Positions 54,611 to 63,920 of a stretch of DNA of 64,000 nt are shown here, piece after piece. The notes below the pieces were generated by a model, which was not told the DNA's origin, did not search any database, and was given only the letters and a program-made list of their open reading frames with translations. Location of the stretch: contig JAGOQE010000001.1 of the NCBI GenBank assembly GCA_017991635.1, positions 131,965 through 195,964 on the forward strand. The letters run 5' to 3'. Position numbers and translations under genes: made by a program. The stretch's first letter is position 1; each line of letters opens with the position of its first letter. Source of the DNA: Minisyncoccota bacterium (GTDB lineage: Bacteria > Patescibacteriota > Minisyncoccia > Phycocordibacterales > Phycocordibacteraceae).

Positions 54611-55870
54611 ATGTACGACCACATCAAAAAAGAAGACGACGCAGTATACAAAGCCATTGTTGGTGAAGACCATCGCCAGGTAGAAGGACTGGAACTCATT
54701 CCGTCAGAGAACTATGTTTCCATGGCTGTGCGTGAAGCAATGTCTTCAACACTCACGAACAAATACTCAGAAGGGTACCCGGGTAAGCGCTACTACGGAG
54801 GACAAGAGTTTACTGATCAGGTTGAACGTATCGCCATTGAACGAGCTAAAAAACTTTTTGGCGCGAGCTATGCAAACGTACAGCCTCTTGGGGGTGCGAA
54901 CGCGAACATTGCCATGTACATGGCCCTACTTGAACCAGGAGACACTATTTTGGGCATGGATCTTTCTCATGGTGGACACCTTACGCACGGTCACCCCGTG
55001 ACGTATCTTTCAAAAATCTTTCGCTTTATTCGATACAAGATGAAGGATGTTGAGACAGGTGAAATTGATTACGTCGCCCTTCGCGAAACAGCACTTACCG
55101 AAAAGCCAAAGATGATTCTTGCCGGATTCTCCGCATATCCCCGTGAACTTGAGTGGCAGAAAATTTCAGATATTGCAAAAGAGGTGGGCGCCTATGCTGT
55201 CGCTGACGTTGCGCACATTGCAGGCCTTATTGCAGGAGGTGCCCAAAAGAATCCATTTGACTATGGATTTGACGTTATGACGACAACGACACATAAAACA
55301 CTTCGTGGGCCACGAGGAGGAATGATTTTGACTCGTGAGAGTGAAGACATCGCAAAGAAGATTGATAAGTCAGTCTTCCCAGGTCTTCAAGGTGGACCGC
55401 ATATGCACCAAATTGCAGCTAAGGCGATTTCATTTAACGAAGCCCTACATCCTTCCTTTAGTACGTATGCATACCAGGTAGTAAAAAATGCGAGCGCTAT
55501 GGCACGTGTTTTTAAGGAGAGTGGCGCGCGCATGATTACAGGAGGTACGTCAAATCACCTCATTCTTCTTGATGCAGAGACCTCATTTGGACTTTCTGGC
55601 GGGGAAGCAGAGACGCTTCTGGATAGAGCAGGCATGACCCTCAACAAGAACTCAATCCCAGACGACACGCGCAAGCCACTTGATCCTTCAGGTATTCGCT
55701 TCGGCACGCCTGCGATGACGACTCGTGGACTAGGAGAAGAAGAGTCACAGGATATTGCGCACCTAATGGTAGAAGTACTGACTCAAAAAGATGACGTAAC
55801 GGTTGAGAGCGCTCGTCTTCGTGTCGTCGAGATAGCAACCTCGCATCCTGTACCTGAGTCGTTTATATAA
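54611..55870 (+). CDS. glyA: Serine hydroxymethyltransferase
   Basis: IPSENYVSMAVREAMSS..., PLP-lysine region TTTTHKTLRGPRGGMIL. 419 aa. Confidence 0.9.
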   Translation: MYDHIKKEDDAVYKAIVGEDHRQVEGLELIPSENYVSMAVREAMSSTLTNKYSEGYPGKRYYGGQEFTDQVERIAIERAKKLFGASYANVQPLGGANANIAMYMALLEPGDTILGMDLSHGGHLTHGHPVTYLSKIFRFIRYKMKDVETGEIDYVALRETALTEKPKMILAGFSAYPRELEWQKISDIAKEVGAYAVADVAHIAGLIAGGAQKNPFDYGFDVMTTTTHKTLRGPRGGMILTRESEDIAKKIDKSVFPGLQGGPHMHQIAAKAISFNEALHPSFSTYAYQVVKNASAMARVFKESGARMITGGTSNHLILLDAETSFGLSGGEAETLLDRAGMTLNKNSIPDDTRKPLDPSGIRFGTPAMTTRGLGEEESQDIAHLMVEVLTQKDDVTVESARLRVVEIATSHPVPESFI

Positions 55871-55897
55871 GGCCTCGCCTCTGCTATAGTCGGAGGT

Positions 55898-57583
55898 ATG
55901 GAAGAGCGCATTAGAAGCGTTATACAGGAGACACTCACTTCGCTTACCGCGGAGCCTATCTCTTTTGTCGTTGAGTGGCCTGCAGAGCTTTCTCATGGTG
56001 ACATCTCTACCAATGTCGCCTTGGCTTCCGCTAAAGCAATCGGTAAATCACCTCGTGATATTGCTGAGTTAATGCGAGAGGCACTCACAACATCGCTTCG
56101 AGATGATGTGAGTGATATCTCTGTTGCGGGTCCTGGTTTCGTAAACATACGACTCTCAAAGAAGACGATTGATACAGAGGTCGCTCAAGCACGTATACAG
56201 CCAAGCGAGTGGGGCAAGGGAAGTGCACGGAGAGGACAAAAAATAATCTTTGAATATTCTTGCCCAAATCCGTTTAAGGAAATGCATATCGGGCATCTTA
56301 TGAGTACGGTGATTGGTGAAGCAAGCAGTCGACTTATTGAATCCCAAGGCGCACACGTTATCCGTGATTCATATGGGGGTGATGTTGGTCCACATGTGGC
56401 CAAGGCGCTGTGGGCAATACGTAAAAAGGGAGAGGGGATGCCTTCTTCAGCTCGAGAAGTTGGCGAAGCGTACGCATTTGGTTCTCGTCAGTACGACGAG
56501 CATGAAGATGCGAAAGCGGAGATTGATGCGCTCAATACAAAACTCTATGAAGTTGTAGGTAAGGCAGAGGGTGAGCGAGACGAAGAAGAGCGCGAGCTCT
56601 TTACCTTGTGGCGAGAGGGACGGGATTTATCTTTTGATTCTCACAAGGCTGTGTGGAGCGCACTTGGTACACACTTTGACTACCTCATTCACGAAAGCGA
56701 GACCACACCTATTGGTATGGAGGTGGTTAAGGACGCTCTGTCCAAGGGTGTGTTCGAAGAAAGTCAGGGTGCAGTAATTTATTCGGGGGAAAAGAAGGGA
56801 CTCCACACTCTTGTATTTATTACGAGTAGAGGGACACCTACCTATGAGACCAAGGACGTTGGGCTCGCCTTTCTTAAAGAGGAACGTCTCGCCCCATTTG
56901 ATTTCTCATACATCATGACGGCTAATGAGCAGTCAGGGCACTTTGCCGTGTTTCTTGGGGCTCTCGAAGATATTGCACCCATGCTCGCCAAGAAGACCTC
57001 ACACGTGCCGCATGGTTTTCTCCGACTTACTGAAGGGAAGATGGGTTCACGCACAGGAAATGTAATTACGGCAGTCAGTCTACTTGAGGACATTGAGGTA
57101 AAAGCAAGTGAAAAAAACGAAGACCCACTTATCGCGCACCAGGTCGCAGTTGGTGCGGTGAAGTACATGATTCTTCGTTCTGCTCCCGGAAGCGACATCA
57201 TTTTTGACCCAGAGAAATCGCTTTCTCTTGAGGGTGACTCAGGTCCCTACCTTCAATACGCGCTCGTGCGTGCCCGCTCAATCATTAAGGATAAAGACAT
57301 CTCAACAGAGGCACCATCTGAAGGGCCTAGAGAAGCGTTCACGCTCGCCCGTCTCATCCGCCGTTTCCCTAGAGTTGTTGAGGAAGCTGAAAGCAATCTT
57401 GCTCCGCACACGCTCACGCATTACCTCACCGAACTTGCCTCAGAATGGAATTCATTTTATGCACAAGAGAGAATTATTGGAGGAGAGCACGAGGCATACA
57501 AGCTTTGGCTTGCGAGTTCATTTGTACACACACTTGAAAACGGACTGACACTCCTTGGAATTCCTGCTCCAGAGAAGATGTAG
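55898..57583 (+). CDS. argS: Arginyl-tRNA synthetase
   Basis: Class I HIGH (PNPFKEMHIGHLMSTVIGE), catalytic core, C-terminal DALR anticodon-binding domain. 561 aa. Confidence 0.85.
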   Translation: MEERIRSVIQETLTSLTAEPISFVVEWPAELSHGDISTNVALASAKAIGKSPRDIAELMREALTTSLRDDVSDISVAGPGFVNIRLSKKTIDTEVAQARIQPSEWGKGSARRGQKIIFEYSCPNPFKEMHIGHLMSTVIGEASSRLIESQGAHVIRDSYGGDVGPHVAKALWAIRKKGEGMPSSAREVGEAYAFGSRQYDEHEDAKAEIDALNTKLYEVVGKAEGERDEEERELFTLWREGRDLSFDSHKAVWSALGTHFDYLIHESETTPIGMEVVKDALSKGVFEESQGAVIYSGEKKGLHTLVFITSRGTPTYETKDVGLAFLKEERLAPFDFSYIMTANEQSGHFAVFLGALEDIAPMLAKKTSHVPHGFLRLTEGKMGSRTGNVITAVSLLEDIEVKASEKNEDPLIAHQVAVGAVKYMILRSAPGSDIIFDPEKSLSLEGDSGPYLQYALVRARSIIKDKDISTEAPSEGPREAFTLARLIRRFPRVVEEAESNLAPHTLTHYLTELASEWNSFYAQERIIGGEHEAYKLWLASSFVHTLENGLTLLGIPAPEKM

Positions 57584-57669
57584 ATAACGTCTTGCGCATC
57601 TCAGTCAATAGCGCTAAGGTACCAAACGACTCTCTATTCGGGGGAGTTTGAATCTTTCGGGAGGAAAGC

Positions 57670-57903
57670 TTGAAAAAGCGTAAGTCTGGTTGGAAGAAAC
57701 ATCGGGACGCCGTCGTCCACGCGTGCCACGAGTTCGGCATGCGACCGAAACAACTGTTCTGCCTGGCCTACAGTGCCTGGCGCAGGAAGTTCGACGGGAG
57801 GGTGGTCTCCCATGCTTTCAACACCTGGCTGAAGAAGCAGCGTGTCCCGTACTGGGTTCGCGACTTCATCCGGATGCGCCGCCGTGAGCTGGCGTTCGCC
57901 TAA
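57670..57903 (+). CDS. Small basic protein encoded in a high-GC (about 62%), high-GC3 island; probable foreign-derived gene or gene fragment (TTG start; internal ATG possible)
   Basis: From about 57700 the frame shows about 85% G/C at codon third positions (GAC GCC GTC GTC CAC GCG TGC CAC GAG TTC GGC ...), unlike every other gene in the window. Ends TAA at 57901-57903, followed by a strong terminator. Confidence 0.45.
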   Translation: MKKRKSGWKKHRDAVVHACHEFGMRPKQLFCLAYSAWRRKFDGRVVSHAFNTWLKKQRVPYWVRDFIRMRRRELAFA

Positions 57904-57920
57904 GTACTAGGCGACTTACG

Positions 57921-57966
57921 AATTCAGCCGGGAGAAGAATTTCTTCTCCCGGCTGTTTCCTTTTTT
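57921..57966 (+). terminator. Intrinsic terminator after GC-rich ORF, upstream of ileS
   Basis: AGCCGGGAGAAGAATTTCTTCTCCCGGCT + TTTCCTTTTTTAT. Confidence 0.75.
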
Positions 57967-57994
57967 ATCCAGTAAACGCTAGGATAGGACTATT

Positions 57995-60900
57995 ATGGAA
58001 GGCAAAGAACCATCAGAGGTCGAGCGTAGTGAAGAGGCAATACTCTCATTTTGGGAAGCGCACGACATATTTCACAAGACTCTCGCCAAGCCTTCACCAA
58101 AGGGAACCTTTGTGTTTTATGAAGGACCTCCAACAGCAAACGGTCGCCCTGGAGTGCATCACCTTGAATCACGTTCATTTAAAGATGCGGTTCCACGTTA
58201 CAAGACGATGCGGGGATACCATGTGCCTCGCCGCGCAGGCTGGGATACACACGGATTGCCGGTCGAGCTTGAAGTAGAGAAGGAGCTCGGCTTCAAGGGA
58301 AAAAAGGATATCGAAGTTTACGGTGTCGCCGAATTTAATAAGAAGTGCCGAGAGAGTGTGATGAAGTACATACATGAGTGGGAAAAGTTTTCTCGTCGTA
58401 TGGCGTATGGTGTGGATCAAGAAAAGGCGTACTTCACCTTCAACGCTCCCTTCATGGAGACTGCGTGGTGGGTCCTGAAGCAAACCGCAGAGCAGGGAAG
58501 ACTCTACAAGGACTACAAGGTGGTGCCATGGTGCGCACGATGCGGTACCGGACTTTCTTCCCATGAACTTGCTCAAGGATATGCTGATGTTAAAGACCTT
58601 TCTATCACAGCGAAGTTTGAGTTAGTCGATGAACCCGGAACCTTCGTTCTTGCCTGGACTACCACACCATGGACCCTGCCCGGAAACGTTGCGCTTGCCG
58701 TGGGGAAGGATATTGCATACGGGCTCTATGAAAAAGACGGCGAAAAGGTAATCGTGGCCGTTGCTCGCGCAGAGAAGGTTCTACCCGACTGGTCTCTTTT
58801 GAAAGAGATGCAGGGACACGAACTTATTGGGAAGACGTACAAACCGCTTTATCCATTTGCTAAAGATATTGCAAAGGGTGAGGAGCTTACGAAATTTGAA
58901 AAGGCATACCAGATTTATCATGCAGATTTTGTAACGACTGAAGATGGTACGGGGGTCGTTCACACTGCCGTTATGTATGGTCAGGATGACTTTGTTCTCG
59001 GCTCGTCCCTTGGTTTGCCCAAGGTGCATCTCGTTGGGGCTGATGGCCGATTCGTTCCTGGTACTGATTTTCTTGAAGGTAGGTTTGTAAAAGAGGAAGA
59101 TGAAAACGGAAAGCCAACGCTTGCCGTTGATATTGTGGATGATTTAACTCGTCGCGGACTTTTCTTTGCGAAGGAGAATTACGCTCACTCGTATCCGTTT
59201 TGTTGGCGTTGTAAAACTCCACTTATCTACTACGCGCGCGATTCATGGTACGTCCGCATGCAAGATTTGCAGGATGCGATGGTTGCTGAGAATAAACGGG
59301 TTAATTGGGAGCCTTCTCATATCAAAGACGGTCGTATGGGCGAGTGGCTTAAGGGCGCAAAAGACTGGGCAATTTCTCGCGAACGGTATTGGGGTACACC
59401 ACTTCCTGTGTGGGAGAGCATTGATGGGGAAGAGCGTGTGGTGATTGGTTCTATCGAGGAGCTTAAAAGTAAGGTCAAGAAAAGTGGCAACACCTACATC
59501 ATGATGCGTCATGGTGAGGCAACTCATAACCTAGAAAAGCGACTCGACTCTTCACTCGCAGGCTCTCATCTTACTGAGAAGGGAAGGCAAGAGGTACTTG
59601 CACGTATCCCTGAACTTAAGGCTAAGAAGATTTCTCGAGTATATGTATCGCCCCTTGCGCGTGCGAGGGAGACCGCAGACTTACTTACAAAGGAGCTTGG
59701 CCTTGCCGAAGAAGTCATAATCGTTGATGAGAGACTTCGCGAATTTACCTTTGGTGAGTTAGAAGGAAAGACAAGTGCTGATTTTGCAGAAGTTCGTGAG
59801 AATCTTCCGTACGATGGTGTCATTACTGAAGGAGAGAGTTATCAGGACGCAAAGAACCGTTTCGGAGATTTTCTCTATGAGGTAGAGCGCACACATAAGA
59901 ACGAAACAATACTTATAGTCACGCACGGTATTGGTTTTGAAGCGTTGGGTGCGGTAGCACAAGCTTCAGACAAAGAGACTTCAAAGAAGCTCATCAATGA
60001 ACTATTTGCACGACCAGCCGAAGTGCGTGCTCTTAACTTCATCCCACTTCCACACAACGAAGACTTTGAGCTTGATTTGCATCGTCCTTACATAGACGAG
60101 ATTGTCTTGATTGGTGCGGGCGGACAAGAACTTACACGCGTGAAAGATGTTATGGACGTGTGGTTTGATTCGGGTGTCGTGCCGTTTGCACAAGACCACT
60201 ATCCGTTTGAAAACAAGAAAGCGTTTGATAAGCAGGCATATCCAGCAGACTATATTTCAGAAGCAATAGACCAGACGAGAGGTTGGTTTTACACCTTGAT
60301 GGCTGTTGGCACACTCTTGAAGCGCGGACGACCATATAAGAATGTAATTTGTCTCGGGCACCTTCTTGATGGGGAGGGACAGAAAATGAGTAAGTCAAAG
60401 GGAAACATTATTAATCCGTGGGAGGCAATGGATGAGTGGGGTGCCGACACGCTTCGCTTGTGGATGTATAGCGTAAATCAGCCGGGAGATTCAAAGAGCT
60501 TTTCAGAAAAGACCGTAAAGGAAACTGCACGTAGTTTGTCTTGGTTTGAGAACAGCCTCAAGTTCTATGAACTCTTTAAAGATGTGCCTCATACCGGGGG
60601 AACGCTCCAGGCAGTAGATGTGTGGATGTCAGCGCGTACCAGACAGACCGTCTGTCGTATGACTGAATACATGGACGACTACAAACTCTATGACGCCACA
60701 CGAGAGCTGCAGGGATATTTTGAGGACGTATCTCAATGGTATGTGCGCCGTATACGCGACCGTGCACGAGCGGGGGATAGGGCAGCGCTCCAGACATTGC
60801 GTCACGTACTTCATACAGGGGCTCGATTGCTCGCGCCGTTTTCACCATTCTTGGCTGAGCGCGTGTATCAAGTAGTGAAGTATCACCATGACCCTGAGAG

Positions 60901-61456
60901 CGTTCACTTAAGCGAGTGGCCAGAGCACTTCTCATCAATCTTGAGTCGCTTGCTTGGAGACGATGCTAAGGACAAAAACGTTATTGCCTCAATGGCGCGT
61001 GTGCGTGCTATTGCTTCACAAGGGCTCATGGAGCGCCAAAAGGTAGGCATAAAGGTACGTCAGCCTCTTGAACGACTTACGGTTTCTGGAGTGCCGCTGG
61101 CTCAGGCATATGTCGCACTCATTCGCGAAGAAGTGAATGTCGAAGAGGTGGAATTTGATGAGAAGCTCGAGGAAGGTACCATCATTCTCGACAGCACACT
61201 CACGCCCGCTTTGATTAAGAAAGGTGACGTGCGTGAATTTCTTCGAGCACTCGCTGATGCGCGAAAGCAGATGGAGCTTGAGCCAACAGACATGGTGTTG
61301 GTGTCTGTAGATGGAACACTGGAGGCACTACTCCTTGGAGAGGAGATACCTGGTGTAGAGCGTCTTTCATCACAAGAGGTGCGCGGCACACATACAGTAC
61401 TGTTATCAACGGGAGAGGCGACATTTAGTGTCTCTGTACGTACACATGCGACATAA
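57995..61456 (+). CDS. ileS: Isoleucyl-tRNA synthetase carrying an inserted histidine-phosphatase (phosphoglycerate-mutase-like) domain
   Basis: HIGH region PPTANGRPGVHHL, editing-domain signature TTPWTLPGN, WAISRERYWGTPLPVW, KMSKS (GQKMSKSKGN). Between PVW and DLHRPYID lies about 180 aa with RHG-phosphatase motifs (MMRHGEATHN; SPLARARETA; ILIVTHGIG). Confidence 0.85.
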   Translation: MEGKEPSEVERSEEAILSFWEAHDIFHKTLAKPSPKGTFVFYEGPPTANGRPGVHHLESRSFKDAVPRYKTMRGYHVPRRAGWDTHGLPVELEVEKELGFKGKKDIEVYGVAEFNKKCRESVMKYIHEWEKFSRRMAYGVDQEKAYFTFNAPFMETAWWVLKQTAEQGRLYKDYKVVPWCARCGTGLSSHELAQGYADVKDLSITAKFELVDEPGTFVLAWTTTPWTLPGNVALAVGKDIAYGLYEKDGEKVIVAVARAEKVLPDWSLLKEMQGHELIGKTYKPLYPFAKDIAKGEELTKFEKAYQIYHADFVTTEDGTGVVHTAVMYGQDDFVLGSSLGLPKVHLVGADGRFVPGTDFLEGRFVKEEDENGKPTLAVDIVDDLTRRGLFFAKENYAHSYPFCWRCKTPLIYYARDSWYVRMQDLQDAMVAENKRVNWEPSHIKDGRMGEWLKGAKDWAISRERYWGTPLPVWESIDGEERVVIGSIEELKSKVKKSGNTYIMMRHGEATHNLEKRLDSSLAGSHLTEKGRQEVLARIPELKAKKISRVYVSPLARARETADLLTKELGLAEEVIIVDERLREFTFGELEGKTSADFAEVRENLPYDGVITEGESYQDAKNRFGDFLYEVERTHKNETILIVTHGIGFEALGAVAQASDKETSKKLINELFARPAEVRALNFIPLPHNEDFELDLHRPYIDEIVLIGAGGQELTRVKDVMDVWFDSGVVPFAQDHYPFENKKAFDKQAYPADYISEAIDQTRGWFYTLMAVGTLLKRGRPYKNVICLGHLLDGEGQKMSKSKGNIINPWEAMDEWGADTLRLWMYSVNQPGDSKSFSEKTVKETARSLSWFENSLKFYELFKDVPHTGGTLQAVDVWMSARTRQTVCRMTEYMDDYKLYDATRELQGYFEDVSQWYVRRIRDRARAGDRAALQTLRHVLHTGARLLAPFSPFLAERVYQVVKYHHDPESVHLSEWPEHFSSILSRLLGDDAKDKNVIASMARVRAIASQGLMERQKVGIKVRQPLERLTVSGVPLAQAYVALIREEVNVEEVEFDEKLEEGTIILDSTLTPALIKKGDVREFLRALADARKQMELEPTDMVLVSVDGTLEALLLGEEIPGVERLSSQEVRGTHTVLLSTGEATFSVSVRTHAT

Positions 61457-62012
61457 GTATCAAACGCTCGGTGTTATCTTGTCGCGCAAAGATCATGGAG
61501 AGGCAAATGTCCTAGTTAGTATTTTGACGCCTGAGCTCGGGCTTGTGCGTGCACGGGTGCAGGGTGTTAGAAAATCCGGAGCCAAATTAGCCACAGGAAT
61601 TACCACGCTTGCTATTTCGTCGTGTACGCTCGTGCGCGGGAAAGAAGGGTGGCGCCTTGTAGGTGCTCTTAATGAGCGAAACGATGTAAGAGCACTTTCT
61701 TTTGAAGGTCGAGAAGTCCTCGGGAGAGTGGCATTTTTGATTGATCGCTTGGTTAAGGGTGAGTCACGCGATGCTCGATTGTTTACGGTTTTCTATACGC
61801 TTCTCAATACGTTGTGTGCGTACACTGGAAGCGAATACGAGCCGTACGAGTACCTTGCGGTCCTCTATATTCTTTCACTTCAAGGTGTTGAAGGTGGGGA
61901 AGGGCTTGGAAATACCTACGCGTTTACTGAAGATGATTTGAAATATGTCAGGGAGCACTCAAGGGAGGTGATTTCCCGGATAAATACTGGTATACACGCC
62001 TCGGGTCTCTAA
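61428..62012 (+). CDS. DNA repair protein RecO-like (short)
   Basis: N-terminal OB-fold pattern (YQTLGVILSRKDHGEANVLVSILTPELGLVRARVQGVRKSGAKL) then helical domain. 194 aa, shorter than canonical RecO. Confidence 0.45.
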   Translation: MSLYVHMRHKYQTLGVILSRKDHGEANVLVSILTPELGLVRARVQGVRKSGAKLATGITTLAISSCTLVRGKEGWRLVGALNERNDVRALSFEGREVLGRVAFLIDRLVKGESRDARLFTVFYTLLNTLCAYTGSEYEPYEYLAVLYILSLQGVEGGEGLGNTYAFTEDDLKYVREHSREVISRINTGIHASGL

Positions 62013-62033
62013 CTGCGCGGTATACTAAAACGC

Positions 62034-63914
62034 ATGCAAGAACCTGAAGATAGTCCACTTAAGGATCTCCAAGACAAGCTATACAGCACCACTCCGACGC
62101 CCCGAATGAGTGCTCCCGAGCTTCCTCGCACGCATGTCGTCCACGAAGACACGACATGGGCTCCCGAAGCGCCCGTGCCTCACAAACAACGGATGTCTCT
62201 TGCAACGTGGTTTCTTATTGGCGCCGTCGCTTTTTTTGTAGTTGCGCTTGGAACGGCACTCGGTTTTTTATATTTTGGAACACGTACGGTATCAGTTGAA
62301 AATGTTGACGTGTACGTGACCGCGTCCTCACCATCAATAGCGAGCGGTGACACGATGGAGCTCACCATCACTGTCGAAAATAGAAATCCAGCAAGTATTT
62401 CAGATACTACTCTTAAGGTAGATTTTCCAGAAGGCACACGCTCATCAGAAGGGGATGGCGAACCATTTCCACGATATACCGATACGTTAGGTACTGTGCC
62501 TCCAGGTGAAAAAGTAACTCGTACGGTCCGTGCTGTTATCTCTGGTGAGGCAAATACAAAAGTGGAACTGCCAGTTACATTCACCTACAAAACAGAAGGC
62601 TCAAATGCGGAATTTGAGGTACAGGAGACAGAAGTGATTACTATAACGAGCTCTCCAGTCTCAGTCTCAGTGAGTGCTCTTTCAGAAACGGCCTCAGGGC
62701 AACCTCTTTCATTCTCTATTCGTGTTCGTGCAAATGGCACAGAAGCCGTACCAAACGTTTCCTTGGTCGCTGAGTATCCTTTCGGATTTTCGTTAACGGA
62801 GGCAAACCCAAAACCTTCGACAGGTAACTTGTTTGTTCTCGGCACAATTAATCCAGGTGAGACTAAAACAATCACACTCTCTGGAACACTCACTGGCCAG
62901 CAGGGAGATGAGCGGGTGTTTAAATTTAGTGCGGGGACACAGGCAGGAACTACGCAGGCATTAGGTGTGAAGTACACCACTCAAGAGACTCGACTTCGGG
63001 TTACAAGACCATTCCTTTCAGTTGGTCTTTCTCTAAACCGCGACGAGAACGATCCTGTGATAATTCGTTCAGGAGCTTCAATTGACGGTGTCGTCTCGTG
63101 GACAAACACACTTGCGACGTCTATTACTGACGGCGTTGTCTCTATTGCGCTTTCAGGTGAAGGCTTAGATGCCTCTCAGGTGCGAAGCGGTAGCGGATAT
63201 TACCGTTCTTCAGACAGAACGATTGTATTCAATCGAGACACCTCATCCTCTCTCCAACTCCTTGGGCCTCAAGACACAGGAAATGGCTCGTTCTCAATTG
63301 GTACTAAAAAAGGCACTGCGCTTGAAGCGCTTCGTAATCCAACAGTAAACCTTACCGTGTCAGTTTCAGGAAAGCGTATTGGTGAATCGGGCGTGCTTGA
63401 AAACGTGTCTTCGACACTTACCAAGACCGTCAAAATTGCGACCGACCTCTCCGTGTCTACTCGAGCTGTTCGTTCGGTAGGCCCATTCACTAACTCAGGC
63501 GCATGGCCTTTGAAGGTCGACCAGGCAACGACCTTTACCATCATGATGACTGCCAAAAATACTGTGAACCCTGTTGCAGGCGCTAAGACAGTCATGGTCC
63601 TTCCTCAGAACGTAACGTTTACTGGAAGCGTAAGTCCAAGTGATGGTAGCTTGGTATACAATGCGTCAACCCGAGAAGTGACGTGGACGGTAGGGGACAT
63701 GGGTGCAGGAAGCCAAAAGCAGATGAACTTCCAGGTCTCGCTCTTGCCAAGCCTTTCTGAAAAGGGTACAAGTCCTCTACTTGTTGGCGAGCAAAGCATT
63801 ACGGGAACTGATAGATTTATAGAGGCTCAAGTCAAAATGATTAACCCAGGCGTCACCACAAGAATTGACTCTGATCCTTCGTATGTTTCCTCGTACAGCG
63901 TAGTTTCCCAATAA
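62034..63914 (+). CDS. Large membrane-anchored surface protein with repeated DUF11/CARDB-like beta-sandwich domains
   Basis: Cytoplasmic N-tail, one TM (LATWFLIGAVAFFVVALGTALGFLYF), then at least 4 repeats of pattern ...G(D/E)T..LT(I/L)T(V/L).N.G... Confidence 0.45.
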   Translation: MQEPEDSPLKDLQDKLYSTTPTPRMSAPELPRTHVVHEDTTWAPEAPVPHKQRMSLATWFLIGAVAFFVVALGTALGFLYFGTRTVSVENVDVYVTASSPSIASGDTMELTITVENRNPASISDTTLKVDFPEGTRSSEGDGEPFPRYTDTLGTVPPGEKVTRTVRAVISGEANTKVELPVTFTYKTEGSNAEFEVQETEVITITSSPVSVSVSALSETASGQPLSFSIRVRANGTEAVPNVSLVAEYPFGFSLTEANPKPSTGNLFVLGTINPGETKTITLSGTLTGQQGDERVFKFSAGTQAGTTQALGVKYTTQETRLRVTRPFLSVGLSLNRDENDPVIIRSGASIDGVVSWTNTLATSITDGVVSIALSGEGLDASQVRSGSGYYRSSDRTIVFNRDTSSSLQLLGPQDTGNGSFSIGTKKGTALEALRNPTVNLTVSVSGKRIGESGVLENVSSTLTKTVKIATDLSVSTRAVRSVGPFTNSGAWPLKVDQATTFTIMMTAKNTVNPVAGAKTVMVLPQNVTFTGSVSPSDGSLVYNASTREVTWTVGDMGAGSQKQMNFQVSLLPSLSEKGTSPLLVGEQSITGTDRFIEAQVKMINPGVTTRIDSDPSYVSSYSVVSQ

Positions 63915-63920
63915 CCCTTT

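Noticed and set aside
57690-57887. Second long ORF (65 aa, MEETSGRRRPRVPR...) in a different frame within the GC-rich island.
   Set aside because: In high-GC DNA several frames stay open. The 57670 frame shows the strong GC3 periodicity expected of a real coding frame, so it is preferred. This one is Arg/Pro-rich as expected for an off-frame.
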